Below are positions 16,564 to 25,727 of a stretch of 26,996 nucleotides of DNA, piece after piece; positions within the stretch are counted from its first letter, which is position 1, and every line of letters starts with the position of its first letter. Both the position numbers and the translations under genes were made by a program. Source of the DNA: Candidatus Bipolaricaulia bacterium (GTDB lineage: Bacteria > Bipolaricaulota > Bipolaricaulia > RBG-16-55-9); assembly GCA_042219045.1 (NCBI GenBank), contig JBDGQO010000020.1, positions 1 to 26,996 on the forward strand, read 5' to 3'. The notes beneath the pieces are model-generated. The model saw nothing but the letters and a program-made list of their open reading frames with translations. It was not told the origin of the DNA and searched no databases.

Positions 16564-19500
16564 GGCAGCTCCGCTCGGACGAGCCCGACCTTGGCGCTGT
16601 GGCCGTTGACGTTGACGTCATCGACGTGGTCCAGCGAGTCGCCTTCGGGCAGCTCCGTCTGCATCGAGACGGCCAGCGTCTCGTCCTGGACATGCGCTTG
16701 GTGTTGCTGCAGCGCACGGCTCAACTCCCGATCGGCCGTGATGTACAGTTCGATGCGATCCGAGACCTCGAAGCCGGCTGCCTTGCGCAGCTGCTGCACG
16801 TGGTGGACGAGCTCGCGCACGTGGCCTTCGGCCTGCAGCTGCGGCGTCAGCTCCGCGTCCAACGCGACAACGCAGTCGTCGTCGAACGCCACGGGAGCTT
16901 CCGTGTCGGTCTCGTGGTGGATTTCGAGATGATCGCTCGTGAGGTTCACAGCCTCCTCCCCCAACGAAAGCGCATAGCGGCCGTCGCGCTGCAACGCCCG
17001 CTCGACCTCGCCCGGATCGACCTGCTCCACCAGGGCCGTCTGGATCTGGGGCGCCTTCGGGCCAAAGTCCGGGCCGATCGCGGCCATGTTCGGCTCCAGG
17101 CGCGCTTGAACGTGCTGACCCCGCAGGTCGTCGTCAGTAAATTCCCAATCCTTGAGGTTCAATTCGCGCTTGACCAGCTCGGCGAGTTCTTCGGAGAGCT
17201 CGCGCGCATGGCGGTGCTGCACCCACATGGTCCGCAGCGGCTGGCGGACTTTGATGCCGCAGTTCTGGCGGGCGGCGCGGCCGAGCGAGACGACCTCGCG
17301 CGCCAGCGCCATGTCGCGCTCCAACGCGTCGTCCATGGCGTTCGAGTCGGGTTCGGGGAAACGCGCCAGGTGGACGCTTTCGCCCTCGGGTTCGCCCAGC
17401 CCGCGATAAATATCTTCGGTCAAAAACGGCGTAAACGGGGCCATCAGCTTGGACAGCCCGAGCAGCGCCTCGTAGAGCGTCGAATAGGCGCTGCGCTTGT
17501 CGTCGGTGAGCCCCTCACCCCAGAAGCGCGGCCGCGAGACGCGCACGTACCAGTTGCTCAAATCGTCCACGAACGCGTCGATGGCCTGGGTGGCCGTGAC
17601 GACATCATAGGCGTCCAGCGACGACGTCACGCACTCGGCCGTGCGCGACAAGCGGGACATGAGCCAACGGTCCAATGTGGTGCGCGCCGCGAGTTCGACT
17701 TGATGGTCATCGGGGGCAAAGCCGTCGATGGCGGCATAGAGGGCGAAGAAGTTGTAAACGTTCGCCACGCGGTTGAGGAAGCCGTAGAGGACCTTGCTTG
17801 TCTCCTCCTTGGAGAGCGGGACGTCGCGCCACGGGGCGCTGGCCGAGTAGAGATACCAGCGCAGCGCGTCCGCGCCGAACTCGCTGGCAAAGTCCATGGG
17901 ATCGAGGACGTTGCCGCGCGACTTGCTCATCTTCTTGCCCTCGGCGTCGAGGCCCATCCCGTTCACCATGACGTGGCGATAGGGATGGGGATACTCGCGA
18001 TCGGGATAAAGCAGCGTGCTCGTGACGAGCAAGGAGTAGAACCAGCCGCGCGTCTGGTCGAGCCCCTCGCAGATGAAATCTGCCGGGAACTGCTCCTCGA
18101 ATTTATCGGCGTTTTCAAAGGGCGCGTGCCACTGGGCCGTGTGCATCATGCCGGAGTCGAACCAGCAGTCGATCACGTACGGGACGCGCTCCATCGTTCC
18201 CTCGCACTCGGGGCACGCCAGCGTCACCTCGTCGATGTAGGGGCGATGCGGCTCGACGTCTCGGGCCAGCTGCGGGTCTTGGGCGCGGTCGACAAGCTCG
18301 TGGCGGCTGCCGATGCAGCGGTCCTGACCGCAGCCGTTGCAAACCCAGACCGGCAGCGGCGTCCCCCAGTAGCGATCGCGCGAGAGCGCCCAGTCCTTCA
18401 TGGATTCCAGGAAGTTGCCGAAGCGCCCGTCGCGCATGTGCTCGGGGTGCCAGTGGACCTGCTGGTTGTTGGCGATGATCTCGGCCTGGCGCGCGGTCGT
18501 CTGGATGAACCAGGAGTCCAGCGCGTAGTACAAGAGCGGCGTGTCGCAGCGCCAGCAGAACGGGTAGTTGTGCTCGTAGGTGGCCTGTTTGTAGAGCTTG
18601 CCGTCGGCGTCCAGGTCCTTCGTGATCTGCTTGTCGGCGTCCTTGACGAACAAGCCCGCATACGGGTCGACGTCCTCGGTGAAGCGCCCATTGGGATCGA
18701 CGGTGTGGCGCTTGGGCAGGCCGAACGTCTCGCCCAATTCGTAGTCCTCTTCGCCGTACATGACGGCGGTGTGGACGACGCCGGTCCCCTCTTCGGTGGA
18801 GACCATCTCGCCCGTCTCGGCGATGACGTACCAAGCGTCGGGGGATTCGCCGTCCGCTTCGAGGGCGTTTTTGAGGTGGGGAAAGGGTGGCTCATAGGCC
18901 CAGCCGTCCATCTCGCGGCCCTTGATCGTCCCCAGCACCTCGTAGTCGCCGTCGATGACCTCATCGACGAGCTCGTTGGCGAGGTAGTAAATCTCCTCGC
19001 CCTGTTGGACCTTGGCGTAGTCGATGCCGGGTCCGACCGCGAGCGCGACGTTGCCCGGCAGGGTCCAGGGGGTCGTCGTCCAAGCCAGAATGGATTCGCC
19101 CGGTCGGTCGCTCAGCGCGAATTTGACATACACGGCCGGATCGGTCGTCTGCTCATAGCCTTGGGCGACCTCGTGCGAGCTGAGCGGCGTGCCGCAGCGT
19201 GGACAGTAGGGAAGCACCTTGTGGCCGCGATAGAGCAGTCCCTGGTTCCAGATGGTCTTGAGCGCCCACCACCCCGATTCGATGTAGTCGTCCGTGTAGG
19301 TGATGTAGGGATCGTCGAGGTCGATCCAGAAGCCCATGCGCCGGATCATCTCTTCCCAGGCGTGGACGTACTTCCAGACGTTTTCCTTGCACGCCTCGAC
19401 GAACGGCTCCAGGCCGTAGGCCTCGATCTCCTGCTTGCTGTTGAGCCCGAGCAGTTTCTCCACTTCCAGCTCCACGGGCAGCCCATGAGTGTCCCAACCG

Positions 19501-19754
19501 CCCTTCCGGACGACGTGGTAGCCGCGCATCGTCTTGTAGCGCGGGAAGAGGTCCTTGTAGACGCGGGCCATCATGTGGCCGAAGTGCGGCGTGCCGTTGG
19601 CCGTCGGTGGCCCCTCAAAGAACACGTAGCGTGGGCACTCTTGGGTGCGCTCCAGCGACTTCTCGAAGATCCTCGCTTCCGACCAGAAGTCGAGGACGCG
19701 GGCCTCGCGTTCGGAGACATCGCTCGTCAGTTTGGGATAGTTGGATTGCGTCAT
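16560..19754 (-). CDS. ileS: Isoleucine--tRNA ligase, type 2 (IleRS2)
   Basis: EGPPTANGTPHFGH, GWDTHGLPVE, WTTTPWTLP, SRDRYWGTP, EGLDQTRGWF and KMSKS. The long C-terminus has no zinc finger, indicating type 2. ATG 19754 chosen from RBS and promoter position. Confidence 0.97.
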   Translation of the reverse strand: MTQSNYPKLTSDVSEREARVLDFWSEARIFEKSLERTQECPRYVFFEGPPTANGTPHFGHMMARVYKDLFPRYKTMRGYHVVRKGGWDTHGLPVELEVEKLLGLNSKQEIEAYGLEPFVEACKENVWKYVHAWEEMIRRMGFWIDLDDPYITYTDDYIESGWWALKTIWNQGLLYRGHKVLPYCPRCGTPLSSHEVAQGYEQTTDPAVYVKFALSDRPGESILAWTTTPWTLPGNVALAVGPGIDYAKVQQGEEIYYLANELVDEVIDGDYEVLGTIKGREMDGWAYEPPFPHLKNALEADGESPDAWYVIAETGEMVSTEEGTGVVHTAVMYGEEDYELGETFGLPKRHTVDPNGRFTEDVDPYAGLFVKDADKQITKDLDADGKLYKQATYEHNYPFCWRCDTPLLYYALDSWFIQTTARQAEIIANNQQVHWHPEHMRDGRFGNFLESMKDWALSRDRYWGTPLPVWVCNGCGQDRCIGSRHELVDRAQDPQLARDVEPHRPYIDEVTLACPECEGTMERVPYVIDCWFDSGMMHTAQWHAPFENADKFEEQFPADFICEGLDQTRGWFYSLLVTSTLLYPDREYPHPYRHVMVNGMGLDAEGKKMSKSRGNVLDPMDFASEFGADALRWYLYSASAPWRDVPLSKEETSKVLYGFLNRVANVYNFFALYAAIDGFAPDDHQVELAARTTLDRWLMSRLSRTAECVTSSLDAYDVVTATQAIDAFVDDLSNWYVRVSRPRFWGEGLTDDKRSAYSTLYEALLGLSKLMAPFTPFLTEDIYRGLGEPEGESVHLARFPEPDSNAMDDALERDMALAREVVSLGRAARQNCGIKVRQPLRTMWVQHRHARELSEELAELVKRELNLKDWEFTDDDLRGQHVQARLEPNMAAIGPDFGPKAPQIQTALVEQVDPGEVERALQRDGRYALSLGEEAVNLTSDHLEIHHETDTEAPVAFDDDCVVALDAELTPQLQAEGHVRELVHHVQQLRKAAGFEVSDRIELYITADRELSRALQQHQAHVQDETLAVSMQTELPEGDSLDHVDDVNVNGHSAKVGLVRAELP

Positions 19755-19782
19755 GGACTCATCACCCCAGGACAACCCGCCC

Positions 19783-19811
19783 ATCTTATCCCTCGTTGTG
19801 GAGGGCGTCAA
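19783..19811 (-). promoter_or_regulatory. sigma70-type promoter of ileS-birA-purA
   Basis: TTGACG-N17-TAAGAT, 28 nt before the ATG. Confidence 0.7.
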
Positions 19812-19884
19812 TCGGCGACATTTTCACAGATACAGGCGAAAACGCCAAGCATGTCCTGGGCCTCCAACGACGGGAGGGGCGTCG

Positions 19885-21174
19885 TCAGCGATCGGGGAAG
19901 AACCGGTCAAAGATCGTGCCGACGTGCTTGGTGTGGTAGGCGACGTCGAAGAGCTCGTCGAGTCGATCCGGGCCGATTTGCTCGACAACGTCCTCGTCCT
20001 GGCGCAGCACCTCGAGCAACGATCGGTCCGTCCGTTCGCTCTCGCGGGCTGCCGCGGTCAGGCGCTCATGTGCCTCGGTTCGGCCCATGCCGGCGTCGAC
20101 GAGCGCGAGCAGCACGCCCTGCGAGAAGACGGCGCCGCGGGTCATGGCGAGGTTGGCTCGCATGCGCGCGGGGTTGACTTGAAGGTGATTCAAGACGCTC
20201 GTCGTTTTGGAAAGCATCGTGTGCAGTGCCTGGAAGCTGTCCGGAATGGCGACCCGCTCCACGGAGGAGCGCGACAGATCCTGCTCGTGCCAGACGGCCA
20301 TGTTCTCCATCCCGGCGAGCGCGTTGGATCTCACGACGCGGGCCAGGCCGGACACCGTCTCGCAGTTGGAGGGGTTCTGCTTGTGCGGCATCGACGAGGA
20401 GCCGTGGGGCCGTCCTTCGCGGACCGCGTCGATCTCGGTGCGCGAGAGGTTGCGGATCTCGGTCGCGATCCGCTCCAGCGTCCCTGCCGTAATGGCCAGC
20501 GCGCTCAGGACCTCAGCGTGGCGATCGCGCGCCAGCAACTGGCTGGAGACGTCCGCCGGTTGCAGGCCCAGCTGCTGGCAGACGCGGCGTTCGACCTCCG
20601 GATCCACGTTGGCATACGTCCCGACCGACCCGGACAGTTTGCCGACGGCTGCGATGGAGCGTGCGCGCTCGAGCCGCTCGCGGTCTCGGGCGAGCTCGTC
20701 GTAGCAGTTGAGCAGTTTCAAGCCGAACGTGATGGGCTCGGCGTGGACGCCGTGCGTCCGCCCGATCATGACGGTCGATTCGTGCTCCAGGGCGCGTTGC
20801 TGAAGCACGGTGAGAACGCGGTCTAGCTCGTCCTGGAGCACGTCGAGCCCGTCGCGCACCGCCATGGACAATCCCGTGTCGACGACGTCGTAGGACGTCA
20901 GGCCGCGATGGACGTAGCGCCCATCCGATCCGACTTGGTTTTCCAATGAGCGCACGAACGAGAGGAGGTCGTGGCCGATCTCGGCCTCGATCTCCTGGGT
21001 AGCGTCGATGTCGACATGGGCTCGCTCGCGGATCCTTTGGGCGCTTTCGGGGGGAATGAGATCGAGCTCATCAAGCGCGTCGACGACGGCCAGCTCAACC
21101 TGCAGCCAACGCCCGTACTTGGCCGCTTCGGTCCAGAGGTCTTTCATCGGCGAGCGGGCGTAGCGCTCAATCAT
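19885..21174 (-). CDS. purB: Adenylosuccinate lyase
   Basis: MIERY start overlapping the ribD stop; HRGLTSYD, GRTHGVHAEP, SGSVGTY, GSSSMPHKQNP. Confidence 0.97.
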   Translation of the reverse strand: MIERYARSPMKDLWTEAAKYGRWLQVELAVVDALDELDLIPPESAQRIRERAHVDIDATQEIEAEIGHDLLSFVRSLENQVGSDGRYVHRGLTSYDVVDTGLSMAVRDGLDVLQDELDRVLTVLQQRALEHESTVMIGRTHGVHAEPITFGLKLLNCYDELARDRERLERARSIAAVGKLSGSVGTYANVDPEVERRVCQQLGLQPADVSSQLLARDRHAEVLSALAITAGTLERIATEIRNLSRTEIDAVREGRPHGSSSMPHKQNPSNCETVSGLARVVRSNALAGMENMAVWHEQDLSRSSVERVAIPDSFQALHTMLSKTTSVLNHLQVNPARMRANLAMTRGAVFSQGVLLALVDAGMGRTEAHERLTAAARESERTDRSLLEVLRQDEDVVEQIGPDRLDELFDVAYHTKHVGTIFDRFFPDR

Positions 21175-22288
21175 GCCGGGGCTCCTCGTCGGTGGGATAG
21201 GCCGTGTAGAGGAGATCGGGCCCGCTCCACGCGACGGACGCGTCGCGCAGCGAGACGGCTTGGGGCACGCAGGCCGCGCCCGAACCGCCGAGCGGGCCGG
21301 GGGCCTCGTCGCCGCCGACGAGCATGGGAGCGACGAAGAACGCGAGTTGATCGATGAGGCCGGCGTCCAGAAGCGCCGCCGCAACAGCCGACCCCCCCTC
21401 GACGAGGACGCTGTCGATGCCCCGCTTCCCCAGTTGGGTCGTAAGCGCGGTGAGGTCGACACGGCCCTCGGCGTTGCCGGGCAGCCGCCAAACCTCGATG
21501 GCCGTGGAGCTCTCCAGCGAGCGCAGCGCGGTTTCGGTTTCGGCGGGCATGTCGACGGTCGCGACGATCGTGGGCGCGTCGCTGTCCAGGTGGAACACGG
21601 TCGAATCGGGCGAGAGGCGGCCGTGGGAGTCGAGCACGATCCGCGTCGGGTCGCGGCCCTCGACGTGTCGGACGGTCAATCGCGGGTCGTCGCGGAGCGC
21701 GGTCTCCGTGCCGACGAGCACGGCCGCAAGCCGGTTCCGCCATTGGTGCACGAGCGTTCGGGATTCGTTGGACGAGATCCAACGGGCGTCGCCTGCGCGC
21801 GTGGCGATCTTCCCGTCGAGGCTCATGGCCGACTTGTAGAGCACGAACGGGCGGCCCGTCGTGGCGAACTTCTCGCGGATCTCGTTCAAGCGACGGGCCT
21901 CATCCTCCAAAACACCCTCCACGACCTCCACGTCGGCCTCACGGAGCTGGTCGATGCCCCGTCCTCGGACTTCGGGGGTCGGATCCCGCGTGGCAACGAC
22001 GGCGCGGGCAATGCCGGCATCCACGATGCGATCGACGCACGGCGGCGTCCGCTTGTTGGGGAAGTCAACGCATGGCTCGTAGTTGACGTACAGCTCGGCG
22101 CCCTGTGCCGCATCGCCCGCTTGGGTGAGAGCCTTCGCTTCGGCGTGCTCGCCGCGATATTGGGCGTAATAAGCTTCGGCGAGCGTTTCGCCATCCTTGA
22201 CGATGACGCACCCGACGAGGGGATTCGGGTTGACCCTGCCGGCGCCCTGCTGGGCCAGCTCCAGTGCCCGGCGCATGTGGCGCTCCAT
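21167..22288 (-). CDS. ribD: Bifunctional riboflavin deaminase/reductase RibD
   Basis: PNPLVGCVIV, HAE...EPC...TPPC zinc site, SLDGKIA, WIS, DDPRL, VLVEGG. Confidence 0.96.
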   Translation of the reverse strand: MERHMRRALELAQQGAGRVNPNPLVGCVIVKDGETLAEAYYAQYRGEHAEAKALTQAGDAAQGAELYVNYEPCVDFPNKRTPPCVDRIVDAGIARAVVATRDPTPEVRGRGIDQLREADVEVVEGVLEDEARRLNEIREKFATTGRPFVLYKSAMSLDGKIATRAGDARWISSNESRTLVHQWRNRLAAVLVGTETALRDDPRLTVRHVEGRDPTRIVLDSHGRLSPDSTVFHLDSDAPTIVATVDMPAETETALRSLESSTAIEVWRLPGNAEGRVDLTALTTQLGKRGIDSVLVEGGSAVAAALLDAGLIDQLAFFVAPMLVGGDEAPGPLGGSGAACVPQAVSLRDASVAWSGPDLLYTAYPTDEEPRHD

Positions 22289-22297
22289 GCCCCGTTG

Positions 22298-22326
22298 AGC
22301 TTAGACCATGGCGCGTCCCGCTTCAA
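22298..22326 (-). promoter_or_regulatory. Promoter of ribD-purB, near-leaderless
   Basis: TTGAAG-N17-TAAGCT, 9 nt before ATG 22288; no SD and no room for an FMN riboswitch. Confidence 0.55.
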
Positions 22327-22418
22327 CGCCTTGGCTCGGTGGGCTGGGGCTCTGTCCGCCATGCCGACGATGGGGAGACACGAGCGAATCCCCTGGGGCT
22401 GTGGGGCTGTCGACGCGT

Positions 22419-23093
22419 TCAGTTCCTGGAGAAAATTTCAGGCAACGCGGCCCGTTCGCCCAGCCGCACGGGATCGACGATGTCGATATGATAGCGTTCC
22501 TTGGCGATCAGCCCCTCTTCAGCGAAGCGATTGAGCAGCGTCGTGACGTTCTCGCGGGTGCTGCCGACGAGCTCGGCCAGCTCCTGATGCGTGACGCGCA
22601 GCGCGATCTCCCAGCGGTCCAGCCGTTTGAACCCGTGCCGCTCCGCGAGGTGGAACAACGTGCGAGCCAGCCGCGTCTCCAGGTCCTTGAAGACCATCTC
22701 CGTGAGGCGCGTCTGGACCTCGCTCATGCGCTGCAGGAACAGTTTCAATAGCGAGAGCGCGAGGTCCGGATAGTGCCGGATGTGGCGTTGCAACGCCTCC
22801 TCATCAATGACCCAAGCCGTGACCTCCTCCATGGCATCGGCGCTCGTCTCGCGAAAGGGCTGCCCCGCCAGGGCCATTTCGCCAAAAACGTGCCCTTCGC
22901 CCAAAATCGCCAATGTCAGTCGCTTCCCGCTCTCGTCCAGGTGATACAGCTTGACCCTCCCATGGCGAACCAGAAATGCGCTTGTGCCGTGTTGCCGGGG
23001 GCGATAAATGGTCTCTCCCTCGCGGTAGGTGGCAAGGGGGCAGAAGCTCTGGAGCTCGCGTTCGAGGGAAGCGATGTTGACCCCGTCGTCCAT
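22419..23093 (-). CDS. Crp/Fnr family transcriptional regulator
   Basis: AAAGGAGG RBS; cNMP domain (GRVKL, FGEMALAGQPFRETSA) and HTH THQELAELVGSTRENVT. Confidence 0.95.
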   Translation of the reverse strand: MDDGVNIASLERELQSFCPLATYREGETIYRPRQHGTSAFLVRHGRVKLYHLDESGKRLTLAILGEGHVFGEMALAGQPFRETSADAMEEVTAWVIDEEALQRHIRHYPDLALSLLKLFLQRMSEVQTRLTEMVFKDLETRLARTLFHLAERHGFKRLDRWEIALRVTHQELAELVGSTRENVTTLLNRFAEEGLIAKERYHIDIVDPVRLGERAALPEIFSRN

Positions 23094-23171
23094 GATGTGC
23101 GGCCTCCTTTGTTTTCACGATCTGGACCTTTTCACCCGCTCCCTCTCATAGCACATGCGACAGCACCCTTC

Positions 23172-23187
23172 CGTGATCCGGGTTACC
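23172..23187. promoter_or_regulatory. Candidate CRP-like box CGTGA-N6-TTACC
   Basis: Partial match to TGTGA-N6-TCACA, between the divergent genes. Confidence 0.35.
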
Positions 23188-23298
23188 GTCAAGGACAGAC
23201 GCGGGCTCGGTTGCGGACATGGATCCGGCGTCGAGGTGCGATATCGGGAGACGCCGAGGGACAGCGTGGAACGCTGCAATAGCGGACGCTCGGCACGC

Positions 23299-23314
23299 TG
23301 TGATGCGCATGACG
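23299..23314. promoter_or_regulatory. Candidate CRP-like box TGTGA-N6-TGACG
   Basis: 8/10 match to TGTGA-N6-TCACA, upstream of the cNMP-domain gene. Confidence 0.4.
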
Positions 23315-23346
23315 TTCGTGGATAGGCCGAATGAGGTGGCGAGATC

Positions 23347-23685
23347 ATGGCCGGCGACGTAGGCCCAGCGAAGCGCGAGCGATCCCCCAATCGGGTTGAC
23401 GTGGCGGCGGGCGAGGTGATCTGCGCCCGCGGCGAGCGGCTCAATGCACTGTTTTTGATTCGCTCTGGCGAGGTCGAACTCGTCGGCCATCGGCACCGCG
23501 AGGTCCTGGGCCCCGGTCAGATCTTCGGCGAGCTGGGGTTCGACCGTTCGGCTGCTTCATCCTGGACAGCCCGGGTCTTGAGCGAGGCATCGCTACTGCG
23601 CATCGACGGTGTCGGGCTCCAGCGGCGCTTCGAGGATCGAACGGGGGACATGCCATTGATGAGGTTGAGGGGCTTGACAGGGTAA
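23347..23685 (+). CDS. Stand-alone cyclic-nucleotide-binding domain protein (degenerate pocket)
   Basis: GAGGTG RBS; cNMP-fold pattern AGEVICARGE...LFLIRSGEVEL...LGPGQIFGELG...TARV...LLRID. Confidence 0.8.
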   Translation: MAGDVGPAKRERSPNRVDVAAGEVICARGERLNALFLIRSGEVELVGHRHREVLGPGQIFGELGFDRSAASSWTARVLSEASLLRIDGVGLQRRFEDRTGDMPLMRLRGLTG

Positions 23686-23695
23686 GAGAAGCTGC

Positions 23696-24772
23696 TCACT
23701 TCTGGGCGCTCGCGTCACTCGCTGAGCCGTTCAGGAGGCTTTGCTTGAGCGTCTCGATCTCGCTGGTGAACAGGGGCGTATTGAGCATGTCGGTCACCTT
23801 ACGGCAGGCGTGCATGACCGTGGTGTGGTCGCGCCGCCCGAACGAGTGGCCAATTGTGGGAAACGAGCTGTTGGTCAACTCGCGGGCCAGGTAGATCGCA
23901 ATGTGGCGGGCTTGGGACACGCGCTTGGCCCGCTTGGTGCTTTCGATCTCGTCGATCGTGACGCCGTAGCGATCCGCGACTTCGGACTTGATCGTCTCGA
24001 TGTCGAGTTCGGGGGCATCCGCCGCGTCCCCGGGAATCAGCGAGTCGGCGGTCGCTTCCGAAAGCGACTGGCCTTGGAGGTCGGCGTAGGCCGTCACGCG
24101 GATGAGGGCCCCTTCCAGCGCCCGGACGCTCGATCGAATCCGCCGCGCGATGAGGTCAAGCAGCCACTCTTCCACATCAAGGCCGTTCTCATCGGCTTTG
24201 GCGCGCAGGATCGCCAGGCGGGCCTCGTAGCCCGGCGGCTGGATGTCGGCGACCAGGCCCCAGCGGAAGCGCGAGACGAGCCGCTCTTGGAGCTCGGAAA
24301 GCTCTTCTGGCGGCCGGTCGCTGGAGAAGACGACCTGTTTGCCGTCCTCGTATAGCTCGTTGAACGTATGGAACAGCTCCTCCTGCGTGCCCTTTTTGTC
24401 CTTCAGAAAGTGGACGTCGTCGATGAGCAGCACGTCGGCTCGGCGGAAGCGCTGGCGGAACTGCTCCGTTTTGTTGTTCCGGATGCTGTTGACCAGCTGG
24501 ATGGCGAAGCGCTCCGAGGTGACGTAGATGACGTTCTCCCAGGGATGGGCCTCACGAATCTGGTTGTTGATCGCGTGCAGCAGATGCGTCTTCCCCAAGC
24601 CGACCGATCCGTAGATGAACAATGGATTGTACGTCTGCCCGGGCGCGTCCGCGACGGCTTGGGCGGCGGAACAGGCGAGGACGTTGCCCTCGCCTTTGAT
24701 AAACCGGACGAACGTGTAGTCCGACCGGGGCGTCGACGGCTCGTGGTCGCGCTCCACCTGCATCGCAGACAT
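23696..24772 (-). CDS. dnaA: Chromosomal replication initiator DnaA, domains III-IV only (358 aa)
   Basis: YNPLFIYGSVGLGKTHL, LLIDD, TQEELFHTFN, SDRPP, RLVSRFRWGL, domain IV GRRDHTTVMHA; GGAG RBS. Confidence 0.95.
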   Translation of the reverse strand: MSAMQVERDHEPSTPRSDYTFVRFIKGEGNVLACSAAQAVADAPGQTYNPLFIYGSVGLGKTHLLHAINNQIREAHPWENVIYVTSERFAIQLVNSIRNNKTEQFRQRFRRADVLLIDDVHFLKDKKGTQEELFHTFNELYEDGKQVVFSSDRPPEELSELQERLVSRFRWGLVADIQPPGYEARLAILRAKADENGLDVEEWLLDLIARRIRSSVRALEGALIRVTAYADLQGQSLSEATADSLIPGDAADAPELDIETIKSEVADRYGVTIDEIESTKRAKRVSQARHIAIYLARELTNSSFPTIGHSFGRRDHTTVMHACRKVTDMLNTPLFTSEIETLKQSLLNGSASDASAQK

Positions 24773-24875
24773 AACCTCTCCAAAGAGACCCTGGGAGGAT
24801 CTCGCGTTGCCCTCTCACCATGAATAGGCAGGGATCAGGCCCTTCTCTTGCGGCCTGTAGCTGATCGCGGCCCTC

Positions 24876-24905
24876 AGCATAGCAGGGGGCGACAGCGCAT
24901 GTCAA
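24876..24905 (-). promoter_or_regulatory. sigma70-type promoter of dnaA
   Basis: Consensus TTGACA-N18-TATGCT with TG extension, ~100 nt above the ATG. Confidence 0.75.
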
Positions 24906-25186
24906 TAGGCCCGTTGAGGAAGGCCCTCCACGGAAACCCCCATCATTTGGCCACTGTGTATAGCGAGGTAAGCAGGCTGCCGAAGAGGCATGGCGAATCG
25001 AGGCTCTCTCTAGCAAATCCAGCAACAGATGGCCCAAAGGTCTTCACAGGAGTGATCTAGGGAAGTTGGTCACCTGGGATGCCGTGAGCAACTCGACGGC
25101 GCGTCACTTGCGGATTCAGGAAAGGCCGCCGGGGACTTCCAGCCAAGTGGGGTGAGCGGTGCGGGTTTCCGCCCCGGGCCTGGATG

Positions 25187-25263
25187 TGGTGCCCAGGGGC
25201 GGATTCGAACCGCCGACACCGCGATTTTCAGTCGCGTGCTCTACCGGACTGAGCTACCTGGGC
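25187..25263 (-). tRNA. tRNA-Phe(GAA)
   Basis: GCCCAGGTAGCTCAG...CTGAAAA...GGTTCGAATCC...CCTGGGCACCA; complete cloverleaf with encoded CCA. Confidence 0.98.
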
Positions 25264-25312
25264 AAGCGCCTATGGGCAAACGGCATCAGGGGCCATTTGC
25301 GGCTATCGGAAG

Positions 25313-25389
25313 TGGCGGGGATGACGGGATTTGAACCCGCGATCTCTGCCTTGACAGGGCAGCGTGTTAGACCACTACACTACACCCCC
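25313..25389 (-). tRNA. tRNA-Asp(GTC)
   Basis: GGGGGTGTAGTGTAGTGG...CTGTCAA...GGTTCAAATCC...CATCCCCGCCA; complete cloverleaf with encoded CCA. Confidence 0.98.
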
Positions 25390-25402
25390 GCGCTATTCAA
25401 AA

Positions 25403-25431
25403 ATTCTATCACACGGTCTCAGAGGGCGCAA
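25403..25431 (-). promoter_or_regulatory. Promoter of the tRNA-Asp/Phe pair
   Basis: TTGCGC-N17-TAGAAT with TG extension, 13 nt before tRNA-Asp. Confidence 0.7.
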
Positions 25432-25727
25432 ACGGGTTCGGATGGTCCGCACGATGCCAGCGTCGTGCCGGCATGCCTCCCTAGACAAGTTGCGATCCCG
25501 TGGACAAGGGGGACTTTGGAGACGCTCCACGTCCAGCGGCGGCATTCGTCGCCGTTGTCGCTCTGGTTCGGTGGCCTTGGCGTTGCGGAAGCGGCGTCGC
25601 CCAGCCTGGATGCTTGAGCTCGCCAGCTGGCCGTTCCTTTGGCGAGCGGCTCGGTTGAAGACGAGTATTTCGTTGGCCCGAAGTTGCGGTCATGGGGGAG
25701 CGAAATCGACTGGCCATTTGAAAACGT

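Noticed and set aside
19560..19620. IleRS2 mupirocin hyper-resistance motif
   Set aside because: The motif is ordinary HFGH, not the swapped GxHH form; type-2 IleRS is common.
16599..20177. 1192-aa + strand ORF, and similar long ORFs at 5317-7239, 605-1876, 2773-3942 and 21173-22534
   Set aside because: Antisense shadows of real genes, expected with high GC3; no motifs.
21175..21462. N-terminal extension of purB in the ORF track (also extensions of ileS, the hub gene and the ligase)
   Set aside because: They overlap upstream genes or promoters; downstream starts have better RBS or family-typical N-termini.
24773..25186. oriC upstream of dnaA
   Set aside because: No cluster of TTATCCACA boxes and no AT-rich unwinding element were seen.
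25187..25480. tRNA as integration site of an island
   Set aside because: No integrase and no duplicated tRNA 3' end in the window; the less ordinary region is on the tRNA 5' side.
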